Part shown: one piece after another, positions 36,068-46,180 of the stretch
Layout of the letters: each line of letters opens with the position of its first letter
Position numbering within the stretch: position 1 is the stretch's first letter
Assembly (NCBI GenBank): GCA_964539775.1
Contig: CAZIKE010000006.1
Location: forward strand, 8,289-62,070
Length of the DNA: 53,782 bases
Source: an uncultured Chitinophagales bacterium
Lineage (GTDB): Bacteria > Bacteroidota > Ignavibacteria > UBA10030 > UBA6906
Direction: 5' to 3'
Notes under the pieces: generated by a model
Databases searched by the model: none
Told to the model about the DNA's origin: nothing
The model's input: only the letters and a program-made list of their open reading frames with translations
Position numbers and translations under genes: made by a program

Positions 36068-36949
36068 CTACAACTCTAACCTCGTGTCTTTTCCCCACAA
36101 CAATTTTGCACGCAGCACTTCGTAGTACGATCGGTCAATACGTTTGATGAGCCTCAGCGTGTGTTCGGCTTTCCGGACAAAGATCTCTAACGGTGGCTCA
36201 AGCACACCCATCTCCTGCCCGTCGGTCGAAAGCAGCACCTCGTTCGTCGTCGCGTACACCACGACGCGAATCGAGTCGGTGTCCGGGATGATCAGAGGTC
36301 GCCCGCTGAGTGTATGCGGAGCGATGGGCGTAATGCCGATGACTGCTGCCGTAGGAATGACGATGGGCCCGCCATTGGAGAGTGCATAAGCCGTAGAGCC
36401 TGTGGGTGTGGAGATAATCAGCCCATCGCCGCGGTAGGTGACGGCAAACGTCCCGTTGATGTAGGTTTCGATATCGATGACGCGGGCAGAACGGGATTTG
36501 TCCACCACAACATCGTTCACGGCATGCATCACGTTGCCGGGCAGTGAAGGCGTTGTTGCTTCCAACAGCAATCGCTCCTCGATGATATATCGTCCCGCGA
36601 GAACGTTCTCCAATTCGCTCTGCACTTCCTCGGGGGCAAACTCTGCAAGGAAGCCGAGCTTGCCGAGATTGACGCCGAGGATAGGGGTTCCATTCGATCC
36701 AACTTCTCGCGCCGCGGCGAGCATGGTCCCGTCGCCCCCCATCGCGATGAGCACATCGACGCCCTGCACGCAACGCTCACGGCTACATGCGTCGACGTCA
36801 CCAAGGCTCATCGTTTTGGAGTTCATCAGATCCACGATGTCCTTGTCGATGACGAAGTCGGCCTTGTAGCGCCTGAGGGTTTCAACAAGGAGTTTGACGA
36901 CCGCAGGCAGACCCTGCTTCGAGATATTTCCGATGATACCGAAGCGCAT
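36068..36949 (-). CDS. nadK: NAD(+) kinase
   Basis: GGDGTML, GKLGFL, VND, DGLIISTPTGSTAYALSNGGP. Confidence 0.95.
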   Translation of the reverse strand: MRFGIIGNISKQGLPAVVKLLVETLRRYKADFVIDKDIVDLMNSKTMSLGDVDACSRERCVQGVDVLIAMGGDGTMLAAAREVGSNGTPILGVNLGKLGFLAEFAPEEVQSELENVLAGRYIIEERLLLEATTPSLPGNVMHAVNDVVVDKSRSARVIDIETYINGTFAVTYRGDGLIISTPTGSTAYALSNGGPIVIPTAAVIGITPIAPHTLSGRPLIIPDTDSIRVVVYATTNEVLLSTDGQEMGVLEPPLEIFVRKAEHTLRLIKRIDRSYYEVLRAKLLWGKDTRLEL

Positions 36950-37266
36950 TAGTTCTGCTGGGAGGGTTCTTGTTGGGGTGATTGGCCGGTTTTCGCCTGT
37001 TCGTCTTTTGCTTTCTCGTCCACAAAGTTGAGTTTCAGCTCGCGCAGCAGCTCATTCAGGAAGCGCTCTTCTTCTTTCGTAAGGTTGCCTTTCGTCTTTT
37101 CCTTCAGCATGTCCAGCATGTCGATCGTTCCCTGAGCGGCCGCAAGGTTACGCTCAATCTTGCCGGTGATGGTACTCTTCACCTTGCCGAGGTGCTCCAT
37201 ACACGCTGCATGATACATAAATATCATTTGAAGAAATAGCTGGCTGTTCTTGTCTTTGATCTCCAT
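36949..37266 (-). CDS. DUF1844 family protein
   Basis: HLGKV...NLAAAQGTIDMLDMLKEKTKGNL..EE..L...L.ELKLNFV. Confidence 0.82.
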   Translation of the reverse strand: MEIKDKNSQLFLQMIFMYHAACMEHLGKVKSTITGKIERNLAAAQGTIDMLDMLKEKTKGNLTKEEERFLNELLRELKLNFVDEKAKDEQAKTGQSPQQEPSQQN

Positions 37267-37305
37267 AAACGATCTCCTTGTGGTTACGAGACTATCAACA
37301 CCAGT

Positions 37306-38058
37306 TCATGATCGTTTCTGCAACTCCCAGAGCTTTGCATACTTGGTGAAGACGTACGCGGATGAGACGACACAGAGGATGAAGCCCTGGATGCCGTCGA
37401 GGAATCCGCGCTTGACAACATACATCTTGAAGAACAGAAATGCGGGTCGGAGGAGAAGATCAAGCACGGAAAACTTCTTCCCTGCCGCCTGCAAATCCGC
37501 CGCAGCGAGAGAAGTATAGCGATTGAATTTGTGGAAGTAATGCTGAAGACTCGGGTCCGTGTAGTGCAGCAAGTCGTTCTTCAGTGCAGCGACTCTTCCA
37601 TCAACCACAATCTGCTCATGCACGTTGCTTTCCGTGAATCGGGCGTTGGCTCTCCGGAATAGTCGCGTCACGCGTCCGGGATACCAGCCGCAGTGCTTGA
37701 TCCATCTCCCCAAGAAATACGCGCGGCGTGCAACGGCATAGCCGGCAATCACCTCGTCATTGCTGCGGAGAACCTCTTGCATCTCAGCGGCCAGTTCTGC
37801 CGGTACCCGTTCATCCGCATCGAGCCAGAGAATCCACTCGCCCGTTGCGTGTTCGAGCGCGAGATTCTTCGTTGCGCCGTATCCGCGCCATTCCACCGTC
37901 AGCACCTTGTCCGTGAACTGCCGCGCCAGTGCCACTGTCCGATCCGTGCTTCCGGAATCGACAACGATAATTTCATCTGCCCACCGCACCGTGGCAAGAC
38001 ACTCCGCGATGTTGGTCTCTTCGTTGAATGCGAGCGTTATGACGGACAGTTTAGGCAT
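37306..38058 (-). CDS. GT2 glycosyltransferase (KdtX/WaaE-like LPS core beta-glucosyltransferase)
   Basis: VVDSGSTDRT, WLDADE, VHE, GFLDG.QG. Confidence 0.9.
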   Translation of the reverse strand: MPKLSVITLAFNEETNIAECLATVRWADEIIVVDSGSTDRTVALARQFTDKVLTVEWRGYGATKNLALEHATGEWILWLDADERVPAELAAEMQEVLRSNDEVIAGYAVARRAYFLGRWIKHCGWYPGRVTRLFRRANARFTESNVHEQIVVDGRVAALKNDLLHYTDPSLQHYFHKFNRYTSLAAADLQAAGKKFSVLDLLLRPAFLFFKMYVVKRGFLDGIQGFILCVVSSAYVFTKYAKLWELQKRS

Positions 38059-39301
38059 TGCCGTTGTGCGTCTTCAGGACGTTCTCTGCGGCGAGAGCAA
38101 AGCCGATAATTGTCCACACAATAATGATAATCTCCGCATCGCCAAAATTCCACTCGAACAGTCCGTTCACATGAAAACCTGCCAGCACGGCAAGTGCGCC
38201 CAGCGCCAACGATCCGCCGAACCAATCGCCGTGCAATCGCCGTTCGATGCGTCGAACCACAATCCAGATCCGGACAAACAGCGCGATCAGGACAATCAAC
38301 CCAACCCCCCCAAGCGTTACGGCCCACATGATGAGATTGTTGTGAAGATGACCTGCTGGCTTCCAGTCGGGCGGGGCATACTTGGGCCACACCTGTTCGA
38401 TGCCGATGTCGCCGACGCCGACGAGCGGGTTGTCGAGGAAGATCTTCACGCCGGTTGTCCACATCTGCAAGCGGGAGATGTTGTTGTAATGGTAGGGATT
38501 GAATGTGCTCGACATGCGCTCGCGCATTTCGGGCGAGGCCACCATCACGACAGCGACCACGACAACGACAAGCGGCAGAAAGAGTTTCCTCGCTCGAAAG
38601 GCGCCGATCACGACGGCGCCCGCAAGGAAACCAAGCCACGAACTGCGTGTAAACGTAAAGAGCAAATTGATGCCGATAGGAACGAGCGACGCAAGCGCGA
38701 GCCAGCGCACCTTTGCCGGCGTTGTTGGGTGAACCGTAAACGGCAGAAGCAGCAACATCCCGATCATCATCATTCCGCCGGCAGTCATGTACATCTGAAA
38801 GTCCTGAAGGCGACGTTGGAAGAGAATGAAGTCCCCGAAATGAAGGACGATGCTTCGCAGGCTCCAGAGCGCGACAAAGAGCATCGACGTGAGGAGCGTT
38901 CCGAACAGCAGCCGCAACACACGCGGCGAGCGGATATTGGCAAGCACGAGATAGAGGACCGGCAGCAAGGTCACGCGCCTATACATGTACAGCAGCGACT
39001 GCTGCCTGTTGTGTGCGAAGACCGTAGCCAACGCCTCGGCCGCGATGAAGGCAAGAAAGTAATAATCGAACTGCGTACGGGGGAATGTGTGCTCGCGGCG
39101 ATATGCCATCTTTCCGACCCATAACAAGGCGGCTGCACCGTAGGCAATGTTCATTGCTGCGATGGACAGCGTGCTGCTGAAGAGAAAGACCATGAGCAGG
39201 AAAATGATGGCCACGTCAATTCCCGACACATGTGCAGTCTCGTGACCAAACAGGAACTGTGTGAGACGATGAAAAGGTGACGTGGTCGAGGGACGATTCA
39301 T
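38051..39301 (-). CDS. O-antigen ligase (WaaL/Wzy_C) family membrane protein
   Basis: Multiple TMs; TFTRSSWLG, SRLQMW, NPLVGVG, HLHNN. Confidence 0.85.
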   Translation of the reverse strand: MNRPSTTSPFHRLTQFLFGHETAHVSGIDVAIIFLLMVFLFSSTLSIAAMNIAYGAAALLWVGKMAYRREHTFPRTQFDYYFLAFIAAEALATVFAHNRQQSLLYMYRRVTLLPVLYLVLANIRSPRVLRLLFGTLLTSMLFVALWSLRSIVLHFGDFILFQRRLQDFQMYMTAGGMMMIGMLLLLPFTVHPTTPAKVRWLALASLVPIGINLLFTFTRSSWLGFLAGAVVIGAFRARKLFLPLVVVVVAVVMVASPEMRERMSSTFNPYHYNNISRLQMWTTGVKIFLDNPLVGVGDIGIEQVWPKYAPPDWKPAGHLHNNLIMWAVTLGGVGLIVLIALFVRIWIVVRRIERRLHGDWFGGSLALGALAVLAGFHVNGLFEWNFGDAEIIIIVWTIIGFALAAENVLKTHNGNA

Positions 39302-39316
39302 GGTCTTCCTTTCAGG

Positions 39317-40189
39317 TCATCGCCTGGACGCAGACGTTCCGAACCAACGGTTCAGTCGCTTCGTCAAAGGCTGGAGGAACAGCACGATGTGCCGCACCCA
39401 GTCCGGCGGCTGCTGCTCGATCTTCGGATCGAAGTCCCATCGTGATGTGGCAATCCGCTCGCGCATGACGGCAGGATGTGTGTCGGTGAAGCGCTTGAGG
39501 TGCCCGAGATCGCTGTAGATGCGTTCGCGCGGACGGGCGACGTTCTTGACGTGTTCGTCATCGTCATGAAAGAGTCGATGAAAGCCGACGTTCTTTCGGT
39601 ACATCACATCCGGTGGGCGTACCCATCCGTAGTGGTAGATCTCTGCCTTGATGCGCCTGACGCGCAGCAGCGTCCCATCCCGATGCCGGAAGTCCATGCC
39701 ATCGCCCCACGAGATGATGTTGGGATGCCGCTTGATGACGCGGGATTCTTTCACATACCAGTTCCGAAAGTTATCCTGATAGTACTCGTAACTTCCGTAG
39801 AAGTGTTTGTACCCGAACTGCAGCGCTTCGACGTTCGGGTGGTGCAGATACCGCTCCATGGCTGCGCGGACGGTCGGGTAGTACTTCTCGTGCAGCACTT
39901 CATCTGCCTGAATGTAGAAACACCAGTCGCCCGTACATGCGGCAAGAGCGTGGTTGGTTTCGACGGAGATGAGCAGCCCGCCTTGTCGCAGGGACATGTC
40001 CCACTCGCGTTCGATGATCTTCAGTTTGGGGGAGTCGATGGCCTTGACCAATGCAAGCGTGTCGTCCTCCGAGACTCCGACGTTCACAATGAACTCGTCG
40101 CAGAGCGGAAGCACGGAGGCAATCGCCTCGGTGAACGGGTAGCCGTAGCTGACGCCGTTTCGGATGATGGAGAATCCGCTGACGCGCAC
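39317..40189 (-). CDS. GT2-like glycosyltransferase
   Basis: SEDDT, WCFYIQADE (DxD-like), YHYGWVR; located in the LPS cluster. Confidence 0.82.
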   Translation of the reverse strand: MRVSGFSIIRNGVSYGYPFTEAIASVLPLCDEFIVNVGVSEDDTLALVKAIDSPKLKIIEREWDMSLRQGGLLISVETNHALAACTGDWCFYIQADEVLHEKYYPTVRAAMERYLHHPNVEALQFGYKHFYGSYEYYQDNFRNWYVKESRVIKRHPNIISWGDGMDFRHRDGTLLRVRRIKAEIYHYGWVRPPDVMYRKNVGFHRLFHDDDEHVKNVARPRERIYSDLGHLKRFTDTHPAVMRERIATSRWDFDPKIEQQPPDWVRHIVLFLQPLTKRLNRWFGTSASRR

Positions 40190-40191
40190 GG

Positions 40192-42015
40192 CTACACCTG
40201 GAACTGAAGCTCGTACAAGCGCTTGTACGTGCCGTTGTTGTTGGAAAGGAGCGTGGCGTGCGTTCCTTCTTCGACGATGCGTCCCCGTTCGATGACAATG
40301 ATGCGGTCGGAATGTTGAATGGTTGAGAGACGATGGGCAATCACGACGGAGGTCCTTCCGGCGAGCGTGCGCTCGACTGCTTCCTGTACGAGGATCTCCG
40401 ACTCCGTATCGAGTGCCGAGGTGGCTTCATCAAAGATGAGAATAGGAGGGTTCTTCAGGATCGCCCGCGCAAGCGAGATGCGCTGACGCTCGCCTCCCGA
40501 AAGCTTCGTCCCTCGGTCGCCGATACGCGTTTCGTATCCGTGCGGCAGACGTGTGATGAAGTCATGTGCGTTGGCAATCTTTGCCGCCTCGATGATTCGC
40601 TCGAGCGGCATCTCAGAATGGCCGTAGGCAATGTTGTGGCGGACGGTGTCGTTGAACAGGATTGTTTCCTGTGTAACGATGCCCATCAGGCTGCGCAGGG
40701 AATCAACCGTAATGTCTCGCAAATCGACGCCATCGATGGTGATTCTGCCTTCGAGAGGGTCGTAGAATCGGGGGAGCAAATCCACAAGTGTCGATTTTCC
40801 ACCACCGCTGGGACCGACGATGGCAATCCGCTCGCCCTGCCTGATCGTCAGCGAAACACCGTGCAGAACCATGTCGCCAGTTTCATATTTGAACCAGACG
40901 TTCTGATAGCGGATCTCGTCTCGGAAGTGATGGATGGGACGGGCCGAGGGCTTGCTAACAATTGCCGGCTGCGTGTCGAGAATCCTGAAGACGCGACCTG
41001 CGGCGCCAATCCCCTCTTGCACACTGTTGAACGTTTGCCCGAACAGCTTAAGAGGCGGCAGCATCTGTGAGAGGACGACGATGTAACCGATCAACGCGCT
41101 GGAGGTCATGGTGCTTGTTCCGCTGATGACGTTGCCGCCGATGAACCACACAATCACTGCAATCGCAATCACCCCGAACATCTCCGATATCGGCGACGCA
41201 AGATTCCGTCGTCGCTGGATCGTTTTCATGAGATCCGCGTACCGGGATGATTCGCTCGTGAAGCGCCGCGTCTCGAAATCCTCCATCCCGAAAGCCTTCA
41301 CGATGCGGATGTTTGCCAGCGACTCGTCAAGAATCGAAATCATGTCCGCCATCTTCTCCTGCATGAAGATCGACTGTTTTTTCAGCGTGTCCGCAACGCG
41401 GCTGATGATGATACCGCCGAAGGGAAGAATCAAGGCAACGATGAGCGTCAGTTGCCAATCGAGCAGAAGCAGGACCAGCGTGGAAAGAATGATGGTGGGC
41501 GGGTCCCGGAAGAAACTGTTGACGACAGCCATCGCCGAGTCGTTCAGGATCCTTACATCATTGACAACCGTGGCGATAAGATTGCCCTTGCGCTCCTCGG
41601 TGAAATAGGAGAGTGAAAGGTTTTGGAGATGAGCATACACGTCCGTGCGCAGCCTATGCATGATGCCGTGTTCGATGTCGGCCATCAGGTACTGATTGAG
41701 GATGGAAAAGAGGTTCTTCAAAAGAAACGCGCCAAAGACGGCAAGCACCAGAACCAACAGAGCGGTGGGCCGATTGTATTGTGCCACAAGCCTGGCCAAA
41801 AGATGTTTGAGGTATGCTCCGAGATTGAAGACGCTCGTCCCCGTACCTTCAAGCATCTCGGGCGCCGGAGGAGAAAAGACGACATCGAGCATCGGTATCA
41901 ACAGGATGTACGAGAGCAGCTCCAGGGGCCGGCTGATGAGCATGCAGAGATTGGCCACGACGAGCTTGAAACGGTACGGCTTGATGTAACGAAGAATACG
42001 GAGGAAGACCTTCAT
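40192..42015 (-). CDS. msbA: MsbA-like lipid A ABC exporter (TMD plus NBD)
   Basis: GPSGGGKST, LSGGERQR, IFDEATSALD, IAHRLST; N-terminal TM domain; LPS gene context. Confidence 0.75.
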   Translation of the reverse strand: MKVFLRILRYIKPYRFKLVVANLCMLISRPLELLSYILLIPMLDVVFSPPAPEMLEGTGTSVFNLGAYLKHLLARLVAQYNRPTALLVLVLAVFGAFLLKNLFSILNQYLMADIEHGIMHRLRTDVYAHLQNLSLSYFTEERKGNLIATVVNDVRILNDSAMAVVNSFFRDPPTIILSTLVLLLLDWQLTLIVALILPFGGIIISRVADTLKKQSIFMQEKMADMISILDESLANIRIVKAFGMEDFETRRFTSESSRYADLMKTIQRRRNLASPISEMFGVIAIAVIVWFIGGNVISGTSTMTSSALIGYIVVLSQMLPPLKLFGQTFNSVQEGIGAAGRVFRILDTQPAIVSKPSARPIHHFRDEIRYQNVWFKYETGDMVLHGVSLTIRQGERIAIVGPSGGGKSTLVDLLPRFYDPLEGRITIDGVDLRDITVDSLRSLMGIVTQETILFNDTVRHNIAYGHSEMPLERIIEAAKIANAHDFITRLPHGYETRIGDRGTKLSGGERQRISLARAILKNPPILIFDEATSALDTESEILVQEAVERTLAGRTSVVIAHRLSTIQHSDRIIVIERGRIVEEGTHATLLSNNNGTYKRLYELQFQV

Positions 42016-42024
42016 GCGCTCGGG

Positions 42025-44631
42025 CTACGTAACGACGAGGTTCACCAGTTTATTCTTGACGATGATCCTTTTGACAATCTGCTTGCTATCCAGATACCTC
42101 CGGACGTTCTCGTCTGCGAGGCAGAGTTTCTCGAGTTCCTCCTCGGGTGTATCTTTGGGGACGACGATCTTGCCGCGGATTTTGCCGTTCACTTGCAAGA
42201 CGATCTCGACGGTCGTTTCTTCGAGTTTTCCTGGATCGTAGCGGGGCCACGGCTCGTACGTGATCGTCTCCGTGTGCCCGAATTTCTGCCAGAGCTCCTC
42301 TGCGATATGGGGGGCAAACGGGGAGAGAAGAATGACGAACGGCTCGAGAATGCTGCGAGGTTTTGTCTGGCTCTTGATCACTTCATTCACGAAGATCATC
42401 AATTGTGCGACGGCGGTGTTGAAGCTGAGCCGCTCGATATCCTCTCCCACCTTCCGGACGGTTGCATGGTACACACGCTCAAGTTCCGGGGTGGGGGGGA
42501 CATCTCTGATGGCTGCGTCGAGGTTGCCCTCCTCATCCACGTAGAGCCGCCATACGCGATTGAGGAAACGGAACACCCCTTCCATGCCGCGGGTGCTCCA
42601 CGGCTTCATGTCCTCCAGCGGTCCCATAAACATCTCGAACATCCGCATCGCATCCGCACCGTACTCCTTCACCACGTCGTCCGGATTGATGACATTGCCG
42701 AGCGATTTGGACATCTTCTTGGAGTTCTCACCGAGAATCAATCCTTGATGGCGCAGCTTCATGAACGGCTCCTTAGTGCTGACGTAGCCGAGATCGTACA
42801 GCACTTTGTGCCAGAAGCGTGCATACATCAGGTGCAGCACGGCATGTTCCGCCCCACCGACGTACAGATCCACCGGCATCCAGTACCGTTCCTTGTCCCG
42901 TGAGAAGATCTCCTTCTCGTTCTTCGGATCGAGGTAGCGCAGATAGTACCAACAGGAGCCGGCCCACTGCGGCATGGTGTTGGTCTCGCGGCGTCCCTTC
43001 AGCCCTGTTTCTGGGTCCACGACCTCGACCCAATCAGTTGCCAGCGCCAGAGGCGACTCGGTCGTTCCGCTCGGCTGGAATTTCTTCAGATCCGGAAGAA
43101 GCAGCGGAAGCTCATGTTCTGCAAGCGGCTTCAAGGTTCCATCTTCCAGGTGGATGATGGGGATCGGCTCGCCCCAATAACGCTGACGGGAGAAGAGCCA
43201 ATCGCGAAGTTTGTACTGTACGGCAAACTTCCCGATGCCTTTGGCCTCGAGCCACTCAACGATGCGCTTGCGCGCCGCTGCGGGACTGAGTCCGTTGAGG
43301 GACACTTCATCGTTCGCAGAGTTGACCAGCACGCCATGCTCGTTGTCGCTGTAGGCGGCTTCGAGGATGTTTCCTCCGGCAACTACTTCCACGATGGGAA
43401 GAGTGTACTTCTTCGCGAAGGCGTGGTCGCGCTCGTCGTGTCCGGGCACCGCCATGATTGCTCCTGTGCCATAGCCCATCAACACGTAGTCGGCGATCCA
43501 GATGGGGATATTCTGATTGGTGGCGGGATTGACGGCATAGCCGCCGGTGAAGACGCCTGTCTTTTCCGATTCGCTGCCGCGCTGGAGATCGCTCTTCAGT
43601 TTCGCCTGCGCGCGGTACTCCTCCACAACGCTGCGCTGCGATGGAACAGTAATCGCCTCGACGAGCGGATGTTCGGGCGCAAGCACCATGTAGGTCGCGC
43701 CGAAGAGTGTATCGGGACGGGTAGTGAAGACCGTGATCGGCTTCTCAGTCCCTTTCACCGGAAAATCAATGTATGCACCTTCCGAACGTCCTATCCAGTT
43801 TGTCTGCTGTTCGATGGTCGACACGGGCCAGTCGAGCGTTTTACTGTCTTCGAGCAGCCGCTCGGCATACGCGGTAATGCGCATCATCCATTGCTTCATC
43901 GGTCGCCGTTCAACCGTGTAACCCTTTTCCTCCCACTCGGCCACCTCCTCGTTCGCGAGCACGGTGCCGAGGCCTTCGCACCAGTTTACGGGAACCTCGG
44001 CAACGTACGCGAGGCGAAAATCCTTCAGAACGTTGTGGCGCTCCAGGCGGTTCATCTTCTTCCACTCGTCTGCTGTAAAGCACTGTGGGGTGTTGCCGCG
44101 GTAGCGGGAACAATCGATGCCTGCGCATCCCTTCTCTTCGAATTCTCTTATCAAATCCTCGATAGGCCGGGCTTTGTTTGCGCGGTAGTCGTACCAGGCA
44201 TTGTAGATTTTGAGGAAGATCCACTGCGTCCACTTGTAGTAGCCCGGGTCGGTGGTGTCCACCTCCCGGTCCCAATCGTAGCTCAAACCGAGCATCTTGA
44301 TCTGGCGTCGGAAGGTGTTGATGTTCTGCTCGGTGGTAATGCGCGGATGGATGTTGGTCTGCATCGCGTAGCGCTCCGCAGGAAGGCCGAAGGCATCCCA
44401 GCCGATGGGGTGGAGGACGTTATAGCCCGTCATCCGCTTGTAACGGGCATAGATATCCGTCGCGGTGTATCCTTCGGGATGTCCGACGTGCAGCCCGGCG
44501 CCCGAGGGATACGGGTACATGTCGAGCACATAGATTTTTGGTTTGGGAAGAAAATCCTCGCTGCGGAACGTTTTGTGGTCGTCCCAATACTGCTGCCACT
44601 TCGGTTCGATAATGTGAAACGGGTACGCCAT
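42025..44631 (-). CDS. leuS: Leucine--tRNA ligase
   Basis: [55 protein letters not shown]; start reassigned to ATG 44631. Confidence 0.97.
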   Translation of the reverse strand: MAYPFHIIEPKWQQYWDDHKTFRSEDFLPKPKIYVLDMYPYPSGAGLHVGHPEGYTATDIYARYKRMTGYNVLHPIGWDAFGLPAERYAMQTNIHPRITTEQNINTFRRQIKMLGLSYDWDREVDTTDPGYYKWTQWIFLKIYNAWYDYRANKARPIEDLIREFEEKGCAGIDCSRYRGNTPQCFTADEWKKMNRLERHNVLKDFRLAYVAEVPVNWCEGLGTVLANEEVAEWEEKGYTVERRPMKQWMMRITAYAERLLEDSKTLDWPVSTIEQQTNWIGRSEGAYIDFPVKGTEKPITVFTTRPDTLFGATYMVLAPEHPLVEAITVPSQRSVVEEYRAQAKLKSDLQRGSESEKTGVFTGGYAVNPATNQNIPIWIADYVLMGYGTGAIMAVPGHDERDHAFAKKYTLPIVEVVAGGNILEAAYSDNEHGVLVNSANDEVSLNGLSPAAARKRIVEWLEAKGIGKFAVQYKLRDWLFSRQRYWGEPIPIIHLEDGTLKPLAEHELPLLLPDLKKFQPSGTTESPLALATDWVEVVDPETGLKGRRETNTMPQWAGSCWYYLRYLDPKNEKEIFSRDKERYWMPVDLYVGGAEHAVLHLMYARFWHKVLYDLGYVSTKEPFMKLRHQGLILGENSKKMSKSLGNVINPDDVVKEYGADAMRMFEMFMGPLEDMKPWSTRGMEGVFRFLNRVWRLYVDEEGNLDAAIRDVPPTPELERVYHATVRKVGEDIERLSFNTAVAQLMIFVNEVIKSQTKPRSILEPFVILLSPFAPHIAEELWQKFGHTETITYEPWPRYDPGKLEETTVEIVLQVNGKIRGKIVVPKDTPEEELEKLCLADENVRRYLDSKQIVKRIIVKNKLVNLVVT

Positions 44632-44635
44632 GAAC

Positions 44636-45547
44636 TTATCGCAAATACACGAATACGGTGTACATACTTCCCAGCCGCATCCTCCGCCTGATCTCGTCCG
44701 GTGATGCGCCTGCATCGGCCATGCGGCGAGCCGCAGTGTGGCGTAGGGAGAGGGGAGTAATGTTCTTGCGCTTCACGCCAGCGGCGACAAGATGCGTGTT
44801 CACCACTTCTCTGATTGCTCGCGCCGAGAGGCGCTCGCCGCGCGTTCTGTTGCCGATGCTGAGCAAAAGCGGCGATGCAGGCTCAAGAGGCTCGCCATAG
44901 TTCTTCTTCCTCCACGCAAGATAGCGTTCAAGTGCCTGTGCCGCTTCCCACGGGAGGGTGGCAAGCGCGTCCTTCGAAGTTCTTCCTTTCCCCTGCACGG
45001 CAAGCATCCGATGTGTCCCGTCGGTGCGGTAGTCTTCCACGTTCAGGCGCGCAAGTTCCGACTCCGATAATCCTCCATCCACCATCAGCCTGATGATGGC
45101 TGTGTTGCGGGACGTTCGCTCGTCTTCCGCTGAGAGCGTTTCGCACAGCCGGGAGAACTCTGCGTGAGTAAGGCACGCACGGGTGTGCTTGTGCGGCCTC
45201 TTGGAGCCGCCCACATCCTTGGCCGGATTCTCCGCAAGCACTCCCTCCTCAACAAGATACGAGCACAACCGGCGCACCGCCGTCAAATATGTCGAAACAG
45301 ATGCCGGAGACAGCCGCTTCGTGATCGTCAGGTGACGTTTGTATCGTTCGACGTCTTGGCGGTGAAAGCGGAATGCGGGGTCCGCCGCACACCACCGCGA
45401 GAACGCATTCAGGCATCGCCGGTACGTTCCCAGTGTCTCGCTGTTCCCCAACGAGTTGAGAAACCGGGTAATTGCTTCTTGAAGAGCGGTGGGCGACAGG
45501 ACAAGATTCTGTGCAGGAAGACTTCTGCTCATCTCAACGGCGGCCAT
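44636..45547 (-). CDS. Tyrosine recombinase-fold protein with degenerate active site
   Basis: N-terminal core-binding domain ([15 protein letters not shown]...NPA), [21 protein letters not shown], terminal VY; catalytic R->S, HxxR His->L, LGH motif absent. Confidence 0.8.
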   Translation of the reverse strand: MAAVEMSRSLPAQNLVLSPTALQEAITRFLNSLGNSETLGTYRRCLNAFSRWCAADPAFRFHRQDVERYKRHLTITKRLSPASVSTYLTAVRRLCSYLVEEGVLAENPAKDVGGSKRPHKHTRACLTHAEFSRLCETLSAEDERTSRNTAIIRLMVDGGLSESELARLNVEDYRTDGTHRMLAVQGKGRTSKDALATLPWEAAQALERYLAWRKKNYGEPLEPASPLLLSIGNRTRGERLSARAIREVVNTHLVAAGVKRKNITPLSLRHTAARRMADAGASPDEIRRRMRLGSMYTVFVYLR

Positions 45548-45553
45548 GGTACT

Positions 45554-46087
45554 TCACCAATGCTTCCTCTCCTTCACTGCAAGAATCTGTGCCCGATGAT
45601 GCTTGCCATGCCATGCGTATAATCCCAGAGCCTCCTCCAGCGTAAACTCTTTCTGATGTTGGGGGTGAACGTATGTGCGCTTGAAGTCCCCCGGCGACAT
45701 GGAGTGCAGGAGTGCAATCCAGCGCGTGTGCAAAGATGCAAGAAGATTCAACGAAACTTCAACAGGGGTGCGTCGGGAGTCTCCCAACTCAGCCCAGAGG
45801 TTTTCTTTGTAGGGTTTGATCACGGGCCGTTCCTCGGTAAGCGAGAGCTTGAAGCGTATGTATGCATTCATGTGACTGTCGGGCAGATGATGGACAACCT
45901 GCCGGATGCTCCATCCTCCGTCGCGATAGGGTGTATCAAGTTGTTCGTCGGTCATGCCGGCGACACTTGCGCGCAGTTCTTCAGGCAACGCGGCGATCTC
46001 CTCAATCCACGCGGTGCGTTGTGCCGGGGCGACGGTGTCGGGCGGAATGTACCTGCCAATGGGATAGCGCTGCTGCTCGATGTCCAT
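45554..46087 (-). CDS. YfiT/BstA family bacillithiol S-transferase (DinB superfamily)
   Basis: RYPIG, LDTPYRDGGWSIRQVVHHLPDSH, YAWHGKHHRAQI; start reassigned to ATG 46087. Confidence 0.9.
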   Translation of the reverse strand: MDIEQQRYPIGRYIPPDTVAPAQRTAWIEEIAALPEELRASVAGMTDEQLDTPYRDGGWSIRQVVHHLPDSHMNAYIRFKLSLTEERPVIKPYKENLWAELGDSRRTPVEVSLNLLASLHTRWIALLHSMSPGDFKRTYVHPQHQKEFTLEEALGLYAWHGKHHRAQILAVKERKHW

Positions 46088-46180
46088 AGTCGCTGCTAAC
46101 ATTCATGCACTAAGTGAAGAAAATCTATCCAAATGGCGAGAGACAAGCAAGGAAGGCTGGAAGGCGGTGGGCAGTGCCAT

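Noticed and set aside
43114-44691. Long antisense ORFs (525 aa here; also 37760-39124, 41623-42903, 11322-12665, 7477-8571, 52230-53327)
   Set aside because: They lie opposite well-supported genes, have no recognisable motifs, and are expected shadow ORFs in GC-rich coding DNA
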